Of a stretch of DNA of 64,000 nucleotides, positions 40,328 to 53,514 are shown one piece after another. The notes beneath the pieces were generated by a model, which made no database searches, was not told the origin of the DNA, and saw only the letters and a list, made by a program, of their open reading frames with translations. Within the stretch, counting starts at the first letter, position 1. The number at the start of each line of letters is the position of its first letter. The position numbers and the translations under genes were made by a program. This stretch comes from Eledone cirrhosa (lineage: Eukaryota): NCBI GenBank assembly GCA_964016885.1, contig OZ024742.1, positions 343,790,001-343,854,000 of the forward strand. Reading direction: 5' to 3'.

Positions 40328-40488
40328 GTATATATATATATATATATATATATAACGAAGGAAATGTGGTAAGGAACCAGGTGGACCATAACGCACCAAA
40401 GTACTCAATACTTGAGGTAGTAGAGTGGGTAATAGGAACCAGTAAGACCCCGACAGCTGAGCTCAAGCCGTTTCGACGGCTAATTCTG

Positions 40489-40535
<47 letters not shown>

Positions 40536-40729
40536 TGTATCTGAGAAACTTGCGAATCCAGAGTAAGGTCCGATCCACAAATAGATCGCACCTCGAGCTG
40601 TTCGCCGGAGAAACAATTGTAATACGCTACTAAATTGTGTTCTGATGCATCACTATTCTTCGTTTTCCATATTATTATACATAGAGTGCTCAACTGGCAT
40701 GCCGCCTATGGGCGCATCCAAGCAACCTT

Positions 40730-40803
<74 letters not shown>

Positions 40804-40812
40804 AACATATAC

Positions 40813-40846
<34 letters not shown>

Positions 40847-41940
40847 ATGTAAATGTGTTTGTATGTAAATGTGTTTGTATAAAGCGGTTGCTTCGCTCTT
40901 TACAAAAGTTACTTCAACGCATATTAACTATAATATAGTTGAATACAATCGGACCTAAATCCCCTTGTGGCAGTTCACGTCAGTTCTTTTCATAACGAAA
41001 TATTCTAAAGCATTCGTCCGGCGCTCTACCGATTCTGGCTATCCATTCCCCTAAGGCTAATAATTTTAGAGGAGGGGGAAGTCGAATAAATTGACCCCAG
41101 TGCGTTATTGGTACTTTATTTTAACGATCCTGTAAGGATGAAAGACAAAGCTAACCTCGGCGCGATTTGAACTCAGATCATAAAGAGACGTAACTCTATG
41201 CCGCAAAGTATATCGTCCGACCCTCTACCGATTCTCCCAATCCAACACCATTCATTTCCTTTTTAATAATTGTTTCTACTATTGACACAAGGCCAGCGAT
41301 TACCCCAGTGCATTACTGGTACTTTATTTTATCGACCCCGTAAGGATGAAAGGCAAAGTTAACCTCGGCCGGATTTGAACTCAGAATGGAAAAGGGCCGT
41401 AACTCTATGCGTCAAAGCATGGTGTCCGACCCTCTACCGATACTGCCAATCCATCGCCCTTTGCCAATCCATCGCCCCTTTTAATAATGAAATCAATCAT
41501 GTATGGATTCTAGATGCAAACATGGCTGGCTGTGTTGTTGGGAAGCTCATTTCTTCAGGTTTAGTCGCCCTGCGTGGTGCCACGGGCAGGTGTCTTCTGG
41601 TGTGGATCAGGGTTGACTGGTACATTGTAGGTGAAGTTTGGTGTATGAGGGTTGTGCGAAGGATGGTCTAATGTACACATGTTAAAGTGTGATTCGTCAT
41701 ACTAACAAAACCAATCGTCAGGCGATCCAGGGGTGGATATTAAGCAAGATGGTTGGATAAAATGGCTGGTCTCATTTAGGGATCCAGTCGGATCAGTTGG
41801 AGGCAGTTGCTTCTGACAGGTCCGGTTGGAAGGAGTGTTTGAGGACTCTTCCCTTATGATCCTCTCAGGAATAATTGGAAGAAGAAGAATATTTATCACC
41901 GTGTGTAACCAGAGTATATTTTAAGGAACTTTTAATTAAG

Positions 41941-42050
41941 ATGTCATGAACAAGATGCCATGAACCAGATGTCATGAACCCTATGTCATGAACCAGATGT
42001 CATGACCCAGATGTCAGGAACAAGATGCCATGAACCAGATGTCATGACCC
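41941..42050. repeat. Short tandem repeat, about 14-bp unit (ATGTCATGAACCAG), about 8 copies
   Basis: Direct tandem repeats. Confidence 0.85.
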
Positions 42051-42778
42051 ATTGTTTGATATTCTCTAAGTCTGAGAAGTTATTTTGAACATTTTATGAA
42101 TGTTTTAAGTCTTTTAAGCACCATTTACCATTTAATCGCATGTAATATTTGAGAAAATATAAATTTATTGTACAAAAGGATGAAAGGCAAAGTCAACCTC
42201 AGCGGGATTTGAACTCAGATCGTAAAGGGACGTAACTATGCTGGAAAACATGGCGTCCGACCCTCTACTGATACTGCCAATCCACCGCCCTTCATATAAA
42301 TAAATAAATAAAAAATAATAAAGAAAGAAATCTTTATAACAGAACAATAGAAGACAGGCAGGATTACTACTATGGCGAGAATGCCTCTGTTCTCAGACCG
42401 AACTTTGGACGCAAGGAACAAAAGCCTGCCGACGAAGGGATCCCCGGTTCCATCGTGGAAGAGCCCACACGTATTGCATGGATATTATGCAACTTATTAT
42501 ATAACTTCCAGGAGTCCAAAAAACCTATCTGAGATTTTTATCGATTTTCATCAATATGAGATGGTCCAGGTTAGATTCAACTTTTCTGTATTTATCGTTG
42601 TTGTGGTATATGTATGACCACTGCCTTCGGTCGTTTTTCTTGGTGTCACACCTTTTAACTGTTGTGTTTACTCTGGACGGTATTGTATTAACATAACCGT
42701 TCTATTGAGTGCTTGTGATTGCCTCAAGCAACTTGATTAGTATCTGCTGTATGACATCTACAACTTCGATTCATACCT

Positions 42779-42811
<33 letters not shown>

Positions 42812-42812
<1 letters not shown>

Positions 42813-43918
42813 GGAAAAAGTATGACACCGACGGTAGAGCTCAAGCCGTTTCGACGGCTATTTCTGGACTAAATTCTGTTTGAATTTAGTCCAGAAAAAG
42901 CCGTTTCGACGGCTTGAGCTCTGCCGTCGGGGTTGTTTCTTCCATCGGGGTTGAGTTTTTTGTTGTTGGAGGAGACGATGTTTAGTGCGAAGTTAGGTGT
43001 AGTGCTGTAAGAGAGTTTGATGGTATTTTTGTTAATTATGTTGTGGTAGCGGTGTTGTGGTGGGAAGTGTTTTTCAATGAGCCTAAAGAAAATTTTCCCG
43101 ATGGGAGTTGTCACCTCGGCGTTGTGGGGAGGATTGAACCATGTTACATTGCGTGAGCGGCGGTGTCGCCTGCTGGTTCCGCTAATGGGAGCTGGACAGT
43201 AGGATATTTCTTCCCGGAAACTACTCCGCTTGAGGGCCTGGTTGTAGTAAGGCGCATGTTCATCGAATTATCTATTATTATTATTTATTTTTTTATTTCT
43301 ACATTATATATATATATATATTTTTTTTTTTATTTTATTTTTTTTTTTTTAAATATTTTTTTCACTTATTTGTTTATTTATTTATTTATGTATTTCTTCA
43401 GCCTAGCAATAGCGAGAGACTTAAGTCTTAGTAACCAGACTTTGCTTATTTTTTTTTTTTTCTCTCTCAGTACCTTTTATAGTTTTACTCTTCATTGTTC
43501 TACTTACCGTTTCGACCTCCTTCCCCTCCCCCTCCCCAGTATCTTCTTTGACCTCACACCCAGCTGTAGCTGGCACTACCAACGCATGAATGGGTCTACT
43601 CCACCCCCTCTACCTTTTTCTCCTACCGGCAGGTTTAGCTACCCCTTCCCCCACCAATTTGCCATCACAGATTTACTACTAACTTGTGATGTGACCAATC
43701 CTGGTGATTATCTCTTTGACCATATATGGAATTACCCCTTGATAAGCTCGGCTATTTAAATACCAGAATAAATTTTCATTCAGTACAGAATTAGCCGTCG
43801 AAACGGCTTGACCTCAGCCGTCGGGGTCTTACTTGTTCCTATTACCCACTCTACTACCCTAAGTATTGAGTACTTTGGTGCGTTATGGTCCACCTGGTTC
43901 CTTACCACATTTCCTTCG

Positions 43919-43921
<3 letters not shown>
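42812..43921 (-). mobile_element. Penelope-like element remnant: RT C-terminal/linker fragment flanked by direct and inverted terminal repeats
   Basis: RRSRNVTWFNPPHNAEVTTPIGKIFFRLIEKHFPPQHRYHNIINKNTIKLSYSTTPN matches the WFNPP...IGK.F..LI.KHFP...K.SYS..PN motif between RT and GIY-YIG in PLEs. Confidence 0.85.
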
Positions 43922-43947
<26 letters not shown>

Positions 43948-43950
<3 letters not shown>

Positions 43951-44735
43951 ATTTTAAAGTTTAAACTTATCTACGGAACAGGTTTGATTTTGTAATTTAA
44001 ATTTGTCTAAGTACCACGGCTATTTGCCAATATGGTTTGTTTTTATTGATTTATTATTTTAAATCGAGACAGGCAAACTGTATTATTATAATTAGTATTT
44101 TTCAATCTAGCTAACTTAGTCATTTACAATACAAACACTGATATGTTGGTATCTGTGTTTATCATATATATTAATTTATATTATCTTGTATTACACGGCT
44201 CAGAAATACTTCTTTCTTTGAGCTATTTCATTGTAAACGACTGCTTGAGTTTTGAACTCTTTATTCATAGTATCACTGCTCCTTATGTTGAGCTAACTTT
44301 AGCCACATATAAACGGCTGTTATTTCTAGCAGCACGAGTATGCGGCAGCTAGAAACTGAAAAACCATGTGCGTTAATCAGTCTTTTTAAATATTTTAAAG
44401 TGAAACATACCAATTTTTCAGGGTACTTACTGAGGAGATCTGATTGTGGTATTTTTTCACCTTTTTCACTTTTTCATTTATCGAAACATATTTGGATTTT
44501 AAAGTTTAAACTTATCTACCGAACAGGTTTGATTTTGAAATTTAAATTTGTCTAAGTACCACGGCTATTTGCCAATATGGTTTGTTTTTATTGATTTATT
44601 ATTTTAAATCGAGACAGGCAAACTGTATTATTATAATTAGTATTTTTCAATCTAGCTAACTTAGTCATTTACAATACAAACACTGATATGTTGGTATCTG
44701 TGTTTATCATATATATTAATTTATATTATCTTGTA
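43948..44735. repeat. Partial tandem duplication (unit about 545 bp; 43948-44210 repeated at 44493-44735) bounded by (TA)n
   Basis: Near-identical direct repeat starting GGATTTTAAAGTTTAAACTTATCTAC. Confidence 0.9.
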
Positions 44736-45136
44736 TATATATATATATATAGTCAAATGATTATAATTTCATGGTACTTATAGAAAATGTAGTATAGTTC
44801 ATTTCGTTACTTACTACTTACATAATGAAATGAATGCATCAAATTTTGAAAATTAAAATAATTGATCACTTATAAAAAGGGTTAAAAAATATAATTTGTA
44901 TATTAGCAATAAACTTATGTTATCAATAAAATATGACTGAAATACTCTGATAAGGAAGGATATATTTTGGAAACAATAAAAAGAATTATATTTTCATTGT
45001 ATACTTGAATCATTATATAAATAAAATCTAGGTAGATAGATAAATATATATATATGAAGAATAACAAAAATGTTATTTTATTTTAAGAATCACTTGAACA
45101 GATACTATGAATGTTCTCACTTCATTTATAAGTCAC

Positions 45137-45168
<32 letters not shown>

Positions 45169-45444
45169 AAAGGAAAACAGAAATAACAACACAATCGGTA
45201 GAGTATATGGAAGGAATATATTAGGTTAACGCTTGAAATAGCAGGAAGAGGGTCTTAACGTTTCGGACGCTAGTCTTTCACCAGAAGAAAGAATGAGAAA
45301 TAAGATAGATTGAAGGGACGGAAGGGTAGAATTTGAAAAAATGTCTTTAGATAAAAATAACAGGTTCATTCATGTTGACATCTCTTGGATTTATATATAT
45401 ATCAAATAGTGTTATCGCTCTACATGGCTGAATACAAGAAATGT

Positions 45445-45952
45445 ATATCTGAGTTTTTCGAATATCAATAATAATTCGTTTGCAATTATGCACACAGCTT
45501 CTTTAAGCCGGCCATTAATTAATCGCTCGTATACAGGAAACTGACTAGCCAGTCTGCTGATATGCAAATCTGGCTGATCAGTGGATCTGCTGGTATGCAG
45601 ATCTGACTGATCAATCAGTCTGCTAATATGCAAATCAGGCCGATCAGTCAGAAAATTCCAGAAAATCTCATATATTTTCCAGAAAATATCATATTCCAGA
45701 AAATTCCTGAAAATATCATATATTCGATTATTCCAGAAAATATCATATATTTTCACTAGCTCTGGCAGTTGGCAGGTAAACAGTATACGGTACTGATGAA
45801 GGGCAATCACCCAGAGACATTAGTGTCTGCAGTTCTGTTTACATGCCAACACAAGGACAAGAGTGACAGAGTCATTCTACTCATATGGCTTAAAGAGGCT
45901 GTTTGCATAATTGCAAACGAATCGAATATTAATATTCGAAAAACTCAGAATT
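45445..45952. mobile_element. Inverted-repeat element (PLE terminal-repeat-like) with internal short tandem repeats and a hammerhead at 45790-45830
   Basis: CTGAGTTTTTCGAATAT...TTTAAGCC is inverted as GGCTTAAA...ATATTCGAAAAACTCAG. A related copy lies at 17980-18140. Confidence 0.7.
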
Positions 45953-45967
45953 ATATATATATATACA

Positions 45968-46044
<77 letters not shown>

Positions 46045-46149
46045 AGCAGATGGCCTCTATGTAATTGCTAGAAAATGCAGCCAAATTCTACTTAATTAGC
46101 ACCCTTCTGATTTTAAAGAGTGAGAATCATAATTCGGTTCCTCTTTTTA

Positions 46150-47100
46150 TTCAGACAGCTGCAGTAATGTGATGTCCCCCAGGGGTTCTAAACAGCTCAC
46201 GGTAGTGAAATTGGGGTGAGGTACACATTCTCAATTAGGTGGAAATCCAGACATTCACTCAGTAAAGGTTGAGCAGTTTGCTCTGGTGAGCTATACTGGC
46301 AAGGTGCTGATGGACGCAGACCCCATTGGTGCATGGTTGCATAGAATCATCTGACACGTGTGCGGAGCCGATTCAAAAACATACACTCCTTCCGAGGGAG
46401 GTTAGCGTCCGGGAGCCGGTCCGCATTGGGTTTGACGTTCAATTGGAGGGAGGTGTTGAGATGTCTGTTGCTTGCTAGCTATTCACGTCTGCAGCATGTT
46501 GAAATTTAAGTCTCACCGCTTTTCTGTACGACGAGAGAAAGGGTGGCGTAACATCAAGCGATGTTGGTCCAGAAGTTACAAATCCTTAGCCATGTTGTGA
46601 AGCCGATGGTTTTAGTCTGTAGAGGGTCTTGGTTACTAACCTATATGTGTGATGCTCTCTACGAGGGGGTGAAAGAGTGATGCCTGAAAGCAGAGGTAGA
46701 TACACAGTTGGTGTAGGAAGGAAACATCTGGTGATAGACCTTAAGATATCGGTCAGGACTATATCTAGCTTCTCTGTGTGAGAACTCCTACACTACTCAG
46801 GAGAGGTTTAGTCTGCCGCATTATAGACCAAGGTTAAATCATTGATACGTAGGATAGATGTGCTAGCACCCCATACTGAATCTGGCAAAAGGCGCATAAG
46901 GTTGTTCTGCACTGTCACCTTTGTACGAAAGGACTCGAAGTGCTGTCTGTAGGTCATCTGTCGGTCAAATCTCACTCCGAGATAGGTCAGTATGGTGTTT
47001 TATAGGTGTGTGCCATTGAGGTTAACTGTGAGCTGGCGATTGGCCTCTTTAGAAATGCCGTTGCAGTCGTCATAATAATTCTGATACAATGTCTGAAAAT
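46150..47100 (-). mobile_element. Degenerate LINE reverse transcriptase fragment
   Basis: TYLGVRFDRQMTY motif and downstream RT-thumb-like sequence with stops and frameshifts. Confidence 0.65.
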
Positions 47101-47339
47101 AAGATGGGTTGGTTATGGTTAAAACGCTTTGATCGTATATCTATTAATTTATAGAAGAAGAAGAAGAAGAAGAAGAAGAAGATCCCTAACTCCTGAAAGA
47201 ATCGTAGAAGGGTCGTCTTGCCAAGTGGCGTGTCTTCGATATTTAAAATCGGGTAGAGTCAATCCATTCCTATTTTTGAACATAGCCGATTTTTCCACAG
47301 AGAAGGAGAACGGGAGAGAGAGGAGAGGGAGGGGTAGAG

Positions 47340-47382
<43 letters not shown>

Positions 47383-47807
47383 CTAATCTACCCCAGTTAT
47401 GAACTGGTATTTATTTATCGACATTGAAAGAAACAAAGCTAAAGTTGACCTCCACTAGGTTAAAATGCCCAAGAGACGCTGCCGTATATTTAGACAGTGC
47501 CACTGCGACCCACTGAGAGATAAGGATCTATAAATGGAATGTTACACATGAAAATAGGATTCGAACTCATGACCCCACCACCGTGAACCAGCATTCTAAT
47601 CTACAAGTCACGTGCCCTCCACAAAATGTTATGGCGACAATATTTATCGTTATAATCACTCATTATAATCTAGAGCATAGTTACGTCCGCAGGTCGAGGG
47701 AACTTTTAACAATGAGATATGATGGATTTATGGAAACCATTAAGACTCGAGTTAACAATGAAATCATTAACACTATTTCACACCCTCTCTTCTCTCTTGC
47801 CCCCCCC

Positions 47808-47853
<46 letters not shown>

Positions 47854-48067
47854 AAATAGAGTCGGGATCTCGACAGCTGAGCTCGTGCCGTTTAAAAACA
47901 TAGTTCCAGACTAGCCGTTTTCAACCGCTGGTTCCAGACTACCTGTTGAAACGGCAAGAGCTCAGCCGTCGGGGTCCCGGCTATTGATAATATTACCATA
48001 CTCTACTACCTCAAGTATCGAGTACTCTGGTGAGTAATAGTCTAACTAGTTTCCAGCTGAATCCATC

Positions 48068-48127
<60 letters not shown>

Positions 48128-48736
48128 ATAAGTATGTATACGTACATACATATATGTATACAGACGTACAGTAGTATGTATATATATATACATACATGCA
48201 CACATATATATATGTACGTATGGATTCACCGAACATTTATTATAATGCTCGGTGTGTTTGTAAACAAACATCCCGAATTAAGCCGTACAGTGTCTAGCAA
48301 CCATCGTTGCTCGTTTGTTCAACACTGACAAAGGAACGCTGTACTAGTTTCAAGCTTATTAGCTATCGTCAGCAACGTATACATTCCTGCCAGATTATTG
48401 AACGTCTGAAAGTATATACTTTCCTTATGCATATTAACGGCTGAGCAATATTCCCCGTATATCATTCTCGTCTACACTGACACGTCTGATCTTGGTAAAT
48501 ATATATATATATATATATATATAAACGTCACCAGTATGTATGTGTGGTCCCGTAATTCCTGATGCTGTAGAGACACCATAGTGATATGCGGCGTGTCTCA
48601 GGCATTTTAACCCTGGCGAAGACCCTCCCCTCTTCAAGTATGAGATCAGCCGATTTAGACCTAGAAAGGATGAGGGAGTCTTTGAGGCACTGCATTGGCA
48701 TACGGCGTTTCTAGGGCATTTTCTTCTAAACCTGGC

Positions 48737-48830
<94 letters not shown>

Positions 48831-50814
48831 ATCATCCCCAGTATTAGACTGCTACATTTTTACCTCGAAGAGATGAAAGGCAAAGTGGGCTGGAACAAAC
48901 ACCGCAAATCGTTCAATCCAATGTTCTAATCACTACTAATTCGCCGCCTCGAAAAAATATATAGGAGGTTTATAATTTTCTTCTGCAAAGTAACGAGCCA
49001 CGTATATTTAAAAAAAAAAAAAGATCTGACAGAAAGAACAATTGTTAGTGGTGGGCCTCCGTCACTTGCCACGGGGAATGTTGGATCGATTTGATCTACG
49101 GAACAGCTTGCTCTTGAAATTAACGTAAAATTAATGTACAAGTTGATGAAAATTCCATAGACACGTGTATCTTTTAACGCAATTCCCAGCAAGATAAGCC
49201 CGACAAAGGTACAACACTTTTTTCCCAACTGAGTGGACTGGAGTAACGTAAAGTAAAGTGTCTTGCTCAAAGACGCAACGCGCCACACAGTACAGGAATC
49301 GAACTCACAATCTTACGATTGAGAGCCGAACATCCTAACCACTACGCCACATGCCCTCACATAATAGAGTATTTACCACGGCTCCAACAGCCTAAAGTCA
49401 GCAGCTGGGGGGAAACCGCAAACCTGCCCAGCTAGCCAACTTGCTTAGAATGGAAGAAATAGACACACCAGGCTAGATGTCTTGTGTAATGTTGTTCTTC
49501 GCCGCCCGGGTTCACCCCAACTCCCTGCATTAATGGTCTACCTCCAGTAAAACCAACAACAAACCCGTGCATCATGCTTCAAATTAGTCACGTGATCCAT
49601 TGTTCGTTTTTCCTCGCTTTCTTTTGTAGATCTGGGGAGCCGTGTTTCGAATTCGAGTGATACTATTTGCAGCTGATGATTGACTTTACAATGTCCTTCG
49701 TAACAAATGGAATATAGATTGACTGAGTTAATTTCAATCGACCTATCGTGACCTACATTTGATCGCATGTTTGATAAGCTGGTAACACCATAACCATGGA
49801 CGTTATACGTAATAACATGTAACTAAAACTAGATTCTATTTCACAAAATAGCTACGTAGTAGTTTCTTTGTTAAAGCTGAGGTAGTATCCTGTTACTCAG
49901 TAGTTTCACCTGTGTTTCTACCAGACCATCGGTCAATGCTCTACTACTGTATTGTGTACTCATTCACCTGACCGCCAATACTACGTGGATCTTTATTAGT
50001 TTCTATATTCAGGACTAGGTGAGGTGTATGGCCTAGTGGTAAGTGTATTGGACTTATGATTATAATGTTGTGGGTTCGATTCTTGGACTGGGTTGTGTGT
50101 AGTGTTCTTGAGCAAAACACTTCATTTTACATTGCTCCAGTATACTTCGCTGAAAATGAGTACCAGTAGAGCTGGGGATTTAACTCTGCTATTGACTGGC
50201 GTCTGGTCCAGGGGAAGTATTGTACTCTCAGTCGCTTCATGCCGCAGAAACCGGGACAAGTATCAGCCTGATGAGCCACCTGGCTCGAGATACACTAAGA
50301 AAGTTAATTTAAATAGGAATTCGTGTTCATACATTTTCTAAATACATTTGACCTGAGATTGAAATCCCAGTCAACGTGGAGATTATATCAATATTTGTTG
50401 AGAATGTCTTCTATAATAGAAATGTTGTCCCTTGATAAGCAAACGAAAGCTTATGTATTTGAACGAATAATGTCCTTACGTTATAATCAGTTTGGTAAAC
50501 GCATATAACGAGAAATAGGGTTTTATTCTGCTTATGAAAGAATTATTTTTAGAAGATTATACTGCCAAGTATTCAAGAATTATGATGTACAAGCTGTGAC
50601 AGATATGGCTTAACTTTATGAAAATATAAATGATCAATAATTTTAAACTTAGTGTAGCAAATTCTCTAAATCAGGGAATAAACTAGAGATGTTCCTCATG
50701 TACAGCTTGGTTTGGAATCCCTGATAACCCTTTCAATACTGTTGGCAGATGTAGATATAAAACTAAAGCTTACATTCTACTTGAAATCTCTTTCTCTTAT
50801 TTATCATAACTACA

Positions 50815-53170
50815 TAGGCGGTGGATTGGCAGTATCGGTAGAGGATCGGACGCCATGCTTTGCAGCCTTTATGATCTGAGTTCAAATCCCGCCGAGGTTA
50901 ACTTTGCCTTTCATCCTTACAAGGTCGATAAAATAAAGTACCAGTAATGTACTGGGGTCGATTTAATCGACTTTCCTCTCCCCTTCAAATTGTGCCTTAA
51001 AGTTGAAACAATTATTTATCATAATTAAGGGCGGTGGATTGGCAGTATCAGTAGAGCGTCAGACACCATGCTTTGTGGCATGGAGTCATGGCCCTTTGCG
51101 TTCTGAGTTCATATCCCACCGAGGTTAGCTTTGCCTTTCATCCTTTCGGTGTCGATAAATAAAGCACCAGTAATACTCTGGGAGAGGGGGGGGGGGTCGA
51201 TTTAATCAGCGGAATTTGAAATCAGGGAGTTCGGAGGTGAGACGTATACCGCAAAGAGAGTGAGAGAGATAGAGTGTGTGTGTGAGGGAGACAGAGAGTT
51301 AGAGAGAGAGAGAGAGAGAGAGAAGGAACGAGAAACAAAGAGAGTAAGAGAGAGAGTGTGTGTAAGAGAGAATTGACAAAGAGAGATAGAGAAAGAGTTG
51401 AACTGAGTTCGAACTTGTACTTTATTTATCGACCTCGAATGGATGACATCTGATGTTGACTTCGACATGATTTGAACACAGAGATAAGCGATCCGGAAGA
51501 AAATACCACAAATATACTATTTAACGTCCTCACGACTACAACACTTCAATTTAATGTTATCATTCGCTGGATGGTCAGAATTGGTAGAGCGTCAGAAAAA
51601 TTAATTTGCGGAATTTGGTTACGATTTCTACGTTCTTATTTCAAATCCCGCCGGTTTCAGATTTGCCTTTCATTCTTCTAGGGTTGCTAAAAAAGAGTAT
51701 TAAGTACCAGTTACGTACGGGGCCGATGTAATCGACTTTCCCTACCCTCCACATAAATTGTAGACCTTATACCTAAATTAGAAATCATTGTATTTTTATG
51801 CAGTTAGGGCGGTGGATTGGCAGTATTGGTAGAGGGCCGGACGCCATGCTTTGACGTATAGAGTTACGGCCGTTGCTATTCTGAGTTCAAATCCCGCCGA
51901 GGTTAACTTTGCCTTTCATCCTTACGGGGTCGATAAAATAAAGTACCAGTAATGCACTGGGTAATTGCTGGCCTTGTGCCTAACGTAGAAACAATTATAT
52001 TTTTATGCAGTTAAAATTGTTTTGCTACAGATTTGCCTTTGATCCTTCGTTGGAAGCTAAAAAAGAGTAAAAGGTACCAGTTATGTACTGGGGTAGTTGA
52101 AATCAACAAAAAACAAACACACGATTATAGGCCTTGTATCTAAATTAGAAATCATTGTATTTTTTTTATGCAGTTAAAGATGTTCTTGTTTCAATGAATA
52201 TATCAACACTTAAGAAATAACATAATTCTTTATATTGCTGGAAGATGGTAGCGGTTGCTCAGAGTGGAAGAATATATTTCCGTTAATCTTCATATTCTTT
52301 TGTCTTCTTATTGTTTCTTTTTGTTAATTTTTACAATCTCAGTTGTAGAGAGGATTATAGCGAATACCATGGATTTCAATGTTGATTATTTTCATTATGT
52401 TTAGTCTTAACTGATGTTTTTTATGTTATTTTCATTTATATTTATTTATTTATTTATTTATTTATTCATTTCTTTTTATTCATTCATTTGTTTATTTACT
52501 TTGCTTTCATTTCATTTATTTCTATGTATTGCTTCGATTGAAGATTGAAATCTCGGAATGCTAAAGCCACTAAAACAACAACAATACCATCGACAGTAGT
52601 AGCAACAGCAATAACAACAACTAAAGGGACGATAGCAGCAGCAGCTATTTTTTAACGGAAGGTGGGTGTATTGTGGTTGTCAGGGAAAACGAATTGGCAG
52701 AGTCGTTAGAACATCGGTTAGAATACTTTACGGTATTCGTTCCTGCCCTCAGCTCTCTGAGTTCAAATCTCACCGAGGTCAACTTTGCCTTTCATCCATT
52801 CGAGATCGATAAAAAAGTACCAGGTTGATTCTTCTTTCTGACTCCCTTTCTCCCAATCTCTATTCTTCTTTGGAAGAAATCTGCTGTATTCCGACTTGGA
52901 GAGGAGAAGGGCTCCGCCAGGTTTTAAACAAATGCCCCAGAAACGGCGTATGTCAATATGGCGCCCCTACGACTCACTCAAGAGTTACGGGTTAAAGAGA
53001 AAAGAGAGGATGTATTGTGGTTGTTACAGAAAACGGATTGGCAGAGTCGTTAGAACGTCGGATAGAACGCTATGTGGCATTCGTTCTATGTTTCTACGCT
53101 CTGAGCCCAAAACAACTTTGTTTTTCATCCTCTCGACGTCGATAAATAAAGTACCAGTTAACTACTGTGG
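50815..53170. mobile_element. Dense SINE cluster (at least 7 copies)
   Basis: Repeated GGCGGTGGATTGGCAG...TGAGTTCAAATCCC...GTCGATAAA core; ATTTTTATGCAGTTA repeats between copies. Confidence 0.85.
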
Positions 53171-53444
53171 TTGAATCACCGTTACACAATGTGACAAGAC
53201 TAGACATAGAGTTACAGTCCGTCGGATGGGCTACCAAACAGTTTCTACCTGCTCAATTTCCCTCTTAAGCTTTTGTTGAGCCAAGGATATAGCAACAGAC
53301 AGCTGTTGAGATGTCATGCCATTGGATCAAATGGAAAGCTCCATGATTACGAAGCGAAATTCTTAACCATCCTCGTTGGCTCATAAAATGGGATGCTCAA
53401 GCTGTTTGAAAGTTATAACCTGTATAAACGAAAGGAACTTATAG

Positions 53445-53514
53445 ATTGGCTCTGCTGACGTCATAGGCAAACTCGAAATTCAAAGAACCAAAGGAGATAT
53501 ACAACATGACGTCA
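53445..53514. promoter_or_regulatory. Two perfect CRE palindromes (TGACGTCA, 53456-53463 and 53507-53514) next to a CCAAT box (minus strand)
   Basis: Motif match only; located 5' of the known SCP exons. Confidence 0.3.

Noticed and set aside
42236-42617. ORFs 42236-42421 and 42372-42617 as a signal-peptide exon or host gene
   Set aside because: No suitable ATG plus phase-0 donor, overlap with a SINE, and no recognisable domain.
48200-48410. Candidate first coding exon of SCP (MFVYKH...)
   Set aside because: No hydrophobic signal core and only a weak donor; the other frames hit stops.
50268-50290. Hammerhead at CTGATGAGCCACCTGGCTCGAGA
   Set aside because: Part of a SINE 3' tail; no GAAA, stem III or stem I.
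51806-51995. tRNA genes
   Set aside because: A/B-box heads continue directly into the SINE core and do not form a full cloverleaf.
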